64,000 nt of DNA, taken from contig CAJUCX010000001.1 of NCBI GenBank assembly GCA_910585195.1, positions 233,609 to 297,608 of the forward strand, read 5' to 3'. This DNA comes from an uncultured Christensenellaceae bacterium (lineage in GTDB: Bacteria > Bacillota > Clostridia > Christensenellales > CAG-314). The first letter of the stretch is position 1; each line of letters opens with the position of its first letter. The translations under genes were made by a program, and so were the position numbers. The notes below the pieces were generated by a model that saw only the letters and a program-made list of their open reading frames with translations, was not told the origin of the DNA and made no database searches. Below are positions 57,163 through 64,000 of the stretch, piece after piece.

Positions 57163-58884
57163 ATGACTGGTTTTATTTCAAAAGAAAAACAACTTCAACT
57201 TAAAAACACTGCTGAAGCGCTTAAACAAAATTATATGGACGACATTACAATCGCCCAGCGTTTCGCGTGCGAGCCGATAGAGCAAATCGCCGACAAACTC
57301 GGCATTGACAGAAAAGACGTAGAGCCTTACGGCAAAAACAAAGCCAAAATTGCCGCAAACGGCTATAAAGACTCAAAGTTGGTGCTTGTTACGGCAATAA
57401 ACCCAACCCCTGCAGGCGAAGGCAAGACCACGACTTCCATAGGTCTTGCGGATGCGCTTGCGCTTAAAGGCACGAAAGTTTGCGCTGCATTGCGCGAACC
57501 GTCGTTGGGACCGGTGTTCGGCTTAAAAGGCGGCGCTACTGGCGGCGGCTTGTCGCAGATAATCCCTATGGAAGACATAAATTTGCACTTTACCGGCGAT
57601 ATGCACGCCATAACGGCAGCAACCAATTTGCTTTCAGCACTTATCGACAACCATATATATCAAGGCAACAAACTAAATTTAGACAAAGACCGCATACTCT
57701 GGCGCCGCGCAATGGATACCAACGACCGAGCGTTGCGCAGTATAGAAGTTGCCTGCGGCGAAGGCAACGGAACAAGGCGCACAGACGGTTTTAACATAAC
57801 CGCCGCAAGCGAAATTATGGCGATGCTGTGTTTGGCAAAAGACTTAAACGGGCTTAAAGAACGCTTCGGCAACATTGCCGTAGGGTTTGACAAATCGGGC
57901 AGATTGGTGTATGCAAGAGAACTCGAAGCGCAGGACGCAATGGCAATACTTATGCAAGAGGCTATAAAACCAAATCTCGTGCAAACTTTGGCAGGCACCC
58001 CCGTCATCGTGCACGGCGGACCTTTTGCAAACATTGCGCACGGCTGCAACAGCATAATAGCCACAAAAACGGCAATGAGATACGCCGACGTGGTAGTTAC
58101 CGAGGCGGGCTTCGGCGCGGATTTAGGCGCGGAAAAATTCATCGACGTAAAATGCCGCATAGGCGGACTTAACCCCGACGCAGTGGTAATAGTCGCCACC
58201 GCAAGAGCGTTAAAAATGCATGGCGGAGCGTTAAAGCAGGATTTGGCAAAAGAAGATTTAACGTCATTGCAAGCAGGTTTGCCTAATTTGGAAAAACATA
58301 TAGAAAACGTACTTAACAAATTTAATTTGCCGTGCGTGGTGGCAATAAACAAATTTACCACCGACACTGCAAAAGAAATCGAACTGATAAAACAAGCCTG
58401 CAAAAAATATAACGTCAAAGCGACGGAAACGGAAGTCTGGGCAAAAGGCGGTTTCGGCGCGGAAGAACTTGCCGACGACGTGCTAAACTTGATAAACCAA
58501 CCGCGCAGAAAAGTTAAATTTATTTATCGAGACGACGACTCTATCGCAGTCAAGACGGAAAAAATCTGCAAAGAAATTTACGGCGGAAAGGGTGTGGAAT
58601 TCTCTCCGCAAGCGCAAGAACAAATAAAAGACATAGAAAGTTTGGGGTACGGAAAGTTGCCGGTAGTCATCGCAAAGACGCAATATTCTTTAAGCGACGA
58701 CGCCACCAAGTTGGCGCGCCCTACCGATTTTACGGTAAAAATAAGAGAAGTGCAGTTACGCAGCGGAAGCGGCTTTATAGTTGCCGTCGCAGGCAACATT
58801 ATGCTTATGCCGGGGCTGCCGCAAGTGCCTGCCGCAAACAATATGAAAATTTCCGAAGAAGGCGTAATAAGCGGTTTGTTTTAA
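57163..58884 (+). CDS. fhs: Formate--tetrahydrofolate ligase
   Basis: 573 aa with PTPAGEGKTTT and full-length FTHFS similarity. ACGGAG RBS before the ATG at 57163. Confidence 0.97.
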   Translation: MTGFISKEKQLQLKNTAEALKQNYMDDITIAQRFACEPIEQIADKLGIDRKDVEPYGKNKAKIAANGYKDSKLVLVTAINPTPAGEGKTTTSIGLADALALKGTKVCAALREPSLGPVFGLKGGATGGGLSQIIPMEDINLHFTGDMHAITAATNLLSALIDNHIYQGNKLNLDKDRILWRRAMDTNDRALRSIEVACGEGNGTRRTDGFNITAASEIMAMLCLAKDLNGLKERFGNIAVGFDKSGRLVYARELEAQDAMAILMQEAIKPNLVQTLAGTPVIVHGGPFANIAHGCNSIIATKTAMRYADVVVTEAGFGADLGAEKFIDVKCRIGGLNPDAVVIVATARALKMHGGALKQDLAKEDLTSLQAGLPNLEKHIENVLNKFNLPCVVAINKFTTDTAKEIELIKQACKKYNVKATETEVWAKGGFGAEELADDVLNLINQPRRKVKFIYRDDDSIAVKTEKICKEIYGGKGVEFSPQAQEQIKDIESLGYGKLPVVIAKTQYSLSDDATKLARPTDFTVKIREVQLRSGSGFIVAVAGNIMLMPGLPQVPAANNMKISEEGVISGLF

Positions 58885-59076
58885 TTTTCGGTCAATAATG
58901 CGAAACTCTGCCGAACAACGGTTGCATATGCAAATATGAATGATTTACAGTACATAAGTATCCAACAACAAGACAATATATAAAAAGCCGTCTTGACATA
59001 TGCCGTTATTTGCTCTAAACTTATATCGTAAGAATATTATAATAATATATAAATTTCATATAAACGGAGATGTTTT

Positions 59077-59523
59077 ATGGAAGCATTTATCAATATTGCG
59101 GATTTTGCAAAAGACAATTTAATTTGGATTATTATCGGCGCGGCGGTAATTTTAATTGCGCTTATACTTCTTGTGGTCGCGCTTAAAAAAGCAAAAAAGA
59201 AAGACAAGCAAAATATCACGCAGGTAGAAGAAACAAAAGACGCAAGATACTCTCTCAACGCGCAAACGCAAAAATACGACGGCACGCCAAACGCGTCGTA
59301 TATTAAAGACGACATAATAGTAAGCCGCGGGCAAACTATAATCGCAGGCAAAGGCTATGACGTAGTTGCGGGCAAATATACGGTGCTGACATCCGTAGAG
59401 GGCGTAGATTCTTTCAACGTGCGTATAAACGGCTTTGTGAGAGAAATTCAACATAAATCCATAGTAATTTTAGGCGAAGGCGATTCTTTCTGCCCCGTTT
59501 CGCACAGCGTAATTCTGCGCTGA
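59077..59523 (+). CDS. Hypothetical single-pass membrane protein
   Basis: 148 aa with N-terminal TM helix LIWIIIGAAVILIALILLVVAL and a beta-rich C-terminal domain. ACGGAG RBS. Confidence 0.55.
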   Translation: MEAFINIADFAKDNLIWIIIGAAVILIALILLVVALKKAKKKDKQNITQVEETKDARYSLNAQTQKYDGTPNASYIKDDIIVSRGQTIIAGKGYDVVAGKYTVLTSVEGVDSFNVRINGFVREIQHKSIVILGEGDSFCPVSHSVILR

Positions 59524-59571
59524 TTTTTGTAATTTATTTATTAAAATATAAAATCAAAAGACAAATAAACT

Positions 59572-60243
59572 ATGTATCTACTTAAAAACAAATGGGACGA
59601 AGTTATAGGCGAAGAATTTGCCAAACCTTATTTTTTGGAACTGTGCGAATTTTTGAAGCAAGAATATGACAAATACACTGTCTATCCGCCTAAACAAAGA
59701 GTTTTTTCCGCATTAAAAACCACCGACTATGACCAAGTAAAAGCGGTTATTTTGGGACAAGACCCTTATCACGGCGAAGGTCAGGCGCACGGTCTTGCGT
59801 TTTCCGTGCAACCGGGTGTGCAACCCCCTCCAAGCCTTATAAACATATTTAAGGAAATCAACAGCGAATACGGCTGCAATTTGGGTCAAAACGGTTGTTT
59901 GCTCAACTGGGCAAAACAAGGCGTATTACTGCTTAACACGGCGCTTACCGTAAGACAAGGGCAGGCAAACAGCCACAAAGGCAAAGGGTGGGAAGTTTTT
60001 ACCGACAGAGTAATAAAAGCCTTAAACGATAAAGAAACGCCCGTCGTATTTATGCTTTGGGGCAGCAACGCGCGCAGTAAAAAAGCGCTTATAACCAACA
60101 AAAATCATTTGGTGTTGGAAACGGTACACCCAAGCCCGCTGTCTGCTTACAACGGATTTTTCGGTTGCAACCACTTCAAAAAAGCCAACGACTTTTTGTC
60201 GCAGTTTACGACACCTGTCGACTGGACTGCCATTGACGATTGA
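59572..60243 (+). CDS. ung: Uracil-DNA glycosylase (family 1)
   Basis: 223 aa with GQDPYHG, LLLNTALTV and HPSPLS motifs. Confidence 0.95.
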   Translation: MYLLKNKWDEVIGEEFAKPYFLELCEFLKQEYDKYTVYPPKQRVFSALKTTDYDQVKAVILGQDPYHGEGQAHGLAFSVQPGVQPPPSLINIFKEINSEYGCNLGQNGCLLNWAKQGVLLLNTALTVRQGQANSHKGKGWEVFTDRVIKALNDKETPVVFMLWGSNARSKKALITNKNHLVLETVHPSPLSAYNGFFGCNHFKKANDFLSQFTTPVDWTAIDD

Positions 60244-60284
60244 AAGTTGCATAACTTTCAACAAAACAGTTTCTAAACACTCAA

Positions 60285-60319
60285 TAAAAAATTAAGCCCC
60301 GTCTTTTGACGGGGCTTAA
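60285..60319 (-). terminator. Intrinsic terminator after the transketolase genes
   Basis: 12-bp stem TTAAGCCCCGTC / GACGGGGCTTAA (60292-60319) with a TTTT loop; on the minus strand it is followed by U6. Confidence 0.8.
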
Positions 60320-60340
60320 TAATATAATTTAAGTTTTTGT

Positions 60341-61279
60341 TTATTTGTTTTTGACGAGCGCTCTCGCTTTGTCCGCTATGTCGGAAACGGTCATATTGTA
60401 TCTTGCTTTAAGCTGCGGAATTTTGCCTACTTCGCCGAACTCGTCGTTTATGCCTATGCAGTCGCATTTTACAGGGCATTCTTTTGCAAGTACTTCCGTT
60501 ACGGCGGAGTAAAGTCCGCCTATTACGTTGTGATTTTCCACCGTCAAAACGGCTTTGGTCTTTTTAGCGGAAGAAATTATTGCGTCTTTGTCTATCGGTT
60601 TGATTGTGTGTATGTTTATAACTTCTGCGGAAATTCCGTCTTGTTTCAAAATCTTTTGCGCGTCCAAAACGTCTGCGGTAGAAAGTCCCGAAACAAAAAT
60701 ACTTACGTCTTTGCCGTCGCAAATTTTGTCCGCCTTAAAAAGATTGAACTTGTATTTAGGGCTTGTAAACACGTCGGGAGTTTCTTTGCGGAACATTCTT
60801 ATATAACAAGGCTTGTCGCACTTTACTATTTGCGGCAACGCTTGTTTGAGTTGCGCGTTGTCGACAGGCTCGAATATAACCATTTCCGGAATACTGCGCA
60901 ATACGGCAATATCTTCGAAACTCATATGCGTGCCGCCGTTAAGTTCCGCAGCGATGCCGGGGTCTGTGCCTACAATCTTTACGTTTTGCATACCGTAAGC
61001 GATTGAAACGGCAATCTGGTCGCAAATTCTGCGTGTGGCAAAAGGCGTAAAGGTCGTTATAAACGGAATATATCCATATGCGGAAAGTCCCGCCGCAACG
61101 CTCGCCATATTTTGCTCCGCAATGCCCACGTCAAACGCACGCGTAGGAAATACTTCTCTCAATTTAATTGTTCCGCTTGCTTTTGCAAGGTCGGCGTCAA
61201 GCAAACAAATTTTTTTGTTTTTTTGCATAAGGTTTTCAAGTTCCGTCGCAAAAACTTTTCTCATTTCCATATCAGCCAC
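60341..61279 (-). CDS. Transketolase, C-terminal (pyrimidine-binding) subunit
   Basis: 312 aa (FDVGIAEQNMASVAAGL..) in a split-tkt arrangement. Confidence 0.9.
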   Translation of the reverse strand: MADMEMRKVFATELENLMQKNKKICLLDADLAKASGTIKLREVFPTRAFDVGIAEQNMASVAAGLSAYGYIPFITTFTPFATRRICDQIAVSIAYGMQNVKIVGTDPGIAAELNGGTHMSFEDIAVLRSIPEMVIFEPVDNAQLKQALPQIVKCDKPCYIRMFRKETPDVFTSPKYKFNLFKADKICDGKDVSIFVSGLSTADVLDAQKILKQDGISAEVINIHTIKPIDKDAIISSAKKTKAVLTVENHNVIGGLYSAVTEVLAKECPVKCDCIGINDEFGEVGKIPQLKARYNMTVSDIADKARALVKNK

Positions 61280-61280
61280 C

Positions 61281-62084
61281 TCACATCAACTCTTTGAGAG
61301 CGTTTTCCAACTGCTCTGCGCTAAACGGCATACTGTGATTGCCCACGCCTGTTTCTTCTATAAATTTAACGCCCTTGCCCTTTACCGTGTCAAGAATAAT
61401 GGCGGTAGGTTTGCCTTTGCATTTTTTAGCCTTGTCAATGGCGCCGTCTATTTCTTCGAGATTGTGTCCGTCTACTCTTATTGCGTTAAAGCCGAACGCC
61501 TTAAACTTCTTTTCGTAGTCTTCCATGTTGACTACGTTTTCCGTAAGGTCGTCAATCTGCATTTTGTTGTTGTCCACAAACAGCGTAAAGTTGTTTAATT
61601 TCATTTGCGTCGCAAGCATAACCGCTTCCCACACCTGACCTTCCTGACTTTCGCCGTCGCCTATTACGCAATAAATTCTTGCCTTGTCTTTTGCTATTTT
61701 AGAGCCGATTGCAAGCCCCACCGCGCAGGAAATGCCTTGTCCCAAAGAGCCGGTAGTCATATCTACGCCCGTAGTCAAATTCATATTGCAATGGCTAGGC
61801 AGTTTTGTACCTATTTTGTTTAAGGTTTTAAGTTCTTCCTTAGGGAAATAACCGAAACTTGCAAGCGTAGCATACAATGCGGGACCTGCGTGCCCCTTTG
61901 ACATAACCAACCTGTCGCGCCCTTTCATTTTAGGGTTGCTCGGGTCGACGCGCATATGCTTTGTATAAAGCACCGCAAGCGTATCGACAATAGACAGCGA
62001 GCCGCCGATATGCCCAACACCGATAGACGCAATGCACTCTAATGTGAGGCGTCTTATCTCTTTTGCTCTTTCAACACAATCCAT
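61281..62084 (-). CDS. Transketolase, N-terminal (TPP-binding) subunit
   Basis: GHIGGSLS and GDGESQEG motifs. The start is moved to MDCVERAKE (62084), which has a GAGGAG RBS. Confidence 0.9.
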   Translation of the reverse strand: MDCVERAKEIRRLTLECIASIGVGHIGGSLSIVDTLAVLYTKHMRVDPSNPKMKGRDRLVMSKGHAGPALYATLASFGYFPKEELKTLNKIGTKLPSHCNMNLTTGVDMTTGSLGQGISCAVGLAIGSKIAKDKARIYCVIGDGESQEGQVWEAVMLATQMKLNNFTLFVDNNKMQIDDLTENVVNMEDYEKKFKAFGFNAIRVDGHNLEEIDGAIDKAKKCKGKPTAIILDTVKGKGVKFIEETGVGNHSMPFSAEQLENALKELM

Positions 62085-62377
62085 AAACTCTCCTCGTAAA
62101 AATAACCGTCTGCAACTGCAAGATGTTTTGTTTAAGTGCAAAAACAACAAAAATAACTTGCGCCTGCAAACCGTTGCGCCGCCTGTAATTTTTCATAAAA
62201 CCGACGCAAAAACAGTAAAATTTTAACCGCAATAAGTATAGCATAAAACAGCTTGCAAAACAACTTAAAACAACGCGTATAAAACAATTTGTTAAAATAA
62301 AACTTAACCAAAAAACCGTGTTATTTTGCAATAAATGCCATGCCGCTCGGCATAAAATCACTGTGCCGCATTTGCTT

Positions 62378-62417
62378 ACAAAAAACAACCTTTTTGCAAT
62401 TTCGTGCAAAAAGGTTG
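62378..62417 (-). terminator. Intrinsic terminator after the ferritin-like gene
   Basis: 13-bp perfect stem CAACCTTTTTGCA / TGCAAAAAGGTTG (62386-62417); on the minus strand it is followed by UUUUUUG. Confidence 0.75.
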
Positions 62418-62446
62418 AAAGCAATATATATTTATTTGCATACAAT

Positions 62447-62959
62447 TTAGTTTTGCGGTTTGTCTTCCTGCAAATCTTCCAGCAGGTTTCTCATAATGTC
62501 TGCGTGAAGTTCTTCGTCCAGGGCAATGCGCGCAAGCAGTTTTTGCAGGCTTTTGTTTGAAACCATTTGCGACGCGGTTTTGTAAGCGTACATAGCGTCG
62601 ATTTCGTCCTGCAAGTTGGTTTGCAGCATTTGCGCTATATTTTTGCAGTAGTTTACCCATCTGCCCGACCAATAAGCGCCGAAGTCGCAATATACCGGGT
62701 CGCCGCCGAATTGCACTATTGCGTCGGCCAATAAATCCATATGATACATTTCTATTTTGCCGATGTCCGCAAAAATTTTGGCGATTTCCCGTGCAGTGCG
62801 GCCCGCAACAAAATGCTGATACATATACTGCAACACGGCAGTGGTTTCGCTTCTGCGCGAGCAATAAAGTTTTTTAAGCACCGCAACCGCTTGCGGGTTG
62901 TTTGCCGCGTTTTCTATTTGCGGATAAGGCAACGGATTTTTGACTTTTGGACTTTCCAT
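62447..62959 (-). CDS. Ferritin-like four-helix-bundle protein (Mn-catalase/CotJC- or bacterioferritin-like)
   Basis: Paired E..H-type helices (EMYHMDLL; DEELHADIM). The start is moved to MESPKV (62959), which has an AAGGAG RBS. Confidence 0.55.
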   Translation of the reverse strand: MESPKVKNPLPYPQIENAANNPQAVAVLKKLYCSRRSETTAVLQYMYQHFVAGRTAREIAKIFADIGKIEMYHMDLLADAIVQFGGDPVYCDFGAYWSGRWVNYCKNIAQMLQTNLQDEIDAMYAYKTASQMVSNKSLQKLLARIALDEELHADIMRNLLEDLQEDKPQN

Positions 62960-63260
62960 AAAAAACAACTCCTTGCATTTTTTGTGTATAGTATGTAAAA
63001 AAAATGATTTTTGTGAGAAAGTCCTTGAAACAAAGAAACTAAATTGCAATAAGTCTTGTAACGCAGTTCAAAAAAATTCCCTGTTGCAAAAACAAATGAC
63101 TTACATTGTAAATGCAAATAAATAAATTTCTCTATGCGGAAATTTTTTGCAAAATGTTTTGCTTTCAAATAAGACGCTTATTTGAAAGCATAATTGCGCG
63201 GAGCGCTCCTAAATTCAAAAAGAATTGCGAAGCATAAGCAAGCAATTTTTTTGCTCCCCC

Positions 63261-63289
63261 TTGACAACGATTTTGCACAAGGTTATAAT
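63261..63289 (+). promoter_or_regulatory. Consensus sigma-A promoter for cysK
   Basis: TTGACA (63261-63266), 17 nt, TATAAT (63284-63289). Confidence 0.7.
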
Positions 63290-63360
63290 TATTAAATAAG
63301 AAAGTGATTTCCCTGTAATATAAGGGGTTCGCAAAATTTTTGATAAGGAGTAATATACTT

Positions 63361-64000
63361 ATGGACAAGGTAGCACAACAAAAACTCGACGCTTTGAAAA
63401 GCGTTGTAGGCAACACACCGCTTGCTAAAATCAATTTGAAGTATAAAGGCAAAGAAACTTGCGTTTATGCTAAACTCGAATACTTCAACTTTTCCGGCAG
63501 CATTAAAGACAGAATGGCATATCATATTCTCAAAACCGCTTATGAAAAGGGCGACATCAAACCGGGCGACGAAATAAGCGAAGCAACGAGCGGCAACACA
63601 GGCATTGCATTTTCTGCGCAAGGCGCATTCTTGGGTCATAAGGTCAATATATTTATGCCTAACTGGATGAGTATAGAAAGAGTAAATCTTATGAAATCCT
63701 TGGGCGCAAACGTAATTTCCGTATCTCACGAACAAGGCGGCTTCAAAGGCTCTGTAGAAATGTCTAAAGACTACGCTGAAAAGAACGGCGCTTTCCGTCC
63801 GGGGCAGTTTGAAAACGAAGCAAACGTAATGGCTCACTATACCACCACCGGTCCTGAAATTTTGAGACAGATGAAAGAATTCGGCGTAACTCCGGACGCG
63901 TTTACCGCGGGCGTAGGTACGGGCGGCACGGTAATGGGCACGGGCACTTATCTCCAAAGCCAAGTACCGGGACTTAAAATTTACCCTATGGAACCTGCAA
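63361..64000 (+). CDS. cysK: Cysteine synthase (O-acetylserine sulfhydrylase), 3' end cut by the window edge
   Basis: Not in the ORF track because it has no stop within the window. ATG at 63361 follows an AAGGAG RBS. My translation is MDKVAQQKLDALKSVVGNTPL..FNFSGSIKDRMA..TSGNTGIA.., with the PLP-lysine motif SIKDR. Confidence 0.9.
   Translation, partial: MDKVAQQKLDALKSVVGNTPLAKINLKYKGKETCVYAKLEYFNFSGSIKDRMAYHILKTAYEKGDIKPGDEISEATSGNTGIAFSAQGAFLGHKVNIFMPNWMSIERVNLMKSLGANVISVSHEQGGFKGSVEMSKDYAEKNGAFRPGQFENEANVMAHYTTTGPEILRQMKEFGVTPDAFTAGVGTGGTVMGTGTYLQSQVPGLKIYPMEPA

Noticed and set aside
63292-63963. 223-aa minus-strand ORF at the right edge
   Set aside because: It is antisense to a clear cysK reading frame (plus strand from 63361, with RBS, consensus promoter and the SIKDR PLP motif). 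The cysK frame is missing from the track only because it has no stop within the window.

Overview
The window looks like a core chromosomal segment of a low-to-mid GC, endospore-forming Firmicute, probably Clostridia-like. Sporulation and germination genes present are sigH, cwlD, a gerA-type operon and a collagen-like BclA-type protein. About 85% of the genes lie on the minus strand, which fits a leading-strand housekeeping region.

Gene content, left to right:
- potB(partial)-potC-potD, then an AT-rich nuclease-fusion gene sitting directly behind rho.
- A DUF1934 gene, an M28 peptidase and gdhA.
- A glycosyltransferase / collagen-like protein / epimerase cluster and a membrane-tethered XRE regulator.
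- The rpoB-rpoC-(inserted membrane protein)-ybxF-rpsL-rpsG-fusA-tuf block.
- rqcP(yabO) and ispDF.
- An mrnC-thyX-rlmB-sigH-dnaX-ybaB-recR string, then cwlD, bioY and tsaD.
- prfB-secA, comFC, recD2, and metK with a SAM-I riboswitch.
- A lipoprotein gene with an unusual structured leader, then rpsF-ssb-rpsR and trkA-trkH.
- gerAA/AB/AC, fhs, ung, a split transketolase, a ferritin-like gene and cysK (partial).

I found no rRNA, tRNA, CRISPR array, transposase or integrase.

Most worth a second look:
1. A membrane-anchored Mrr-type nuclease fused to a GreA/B C-terminal-like domain, 10 bp downstream of rho.
2. An orphan, roughly 220-nt, rod-like structured leader plus terminator that abuts the RBS of an uncharacterised lipoprotein gene.
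3. A tight cluster of consensus DnaA boxes away from any dnaA/dnaN.
4. A putative exosporium glycoprotein locus.

Limits: all homology calls are by eye from the translations, and no database search, RNA folding or composition calculation was run. The ORF track uses alternative start codons (for example TTG at 43), so several starts were re-placed using RBS context.
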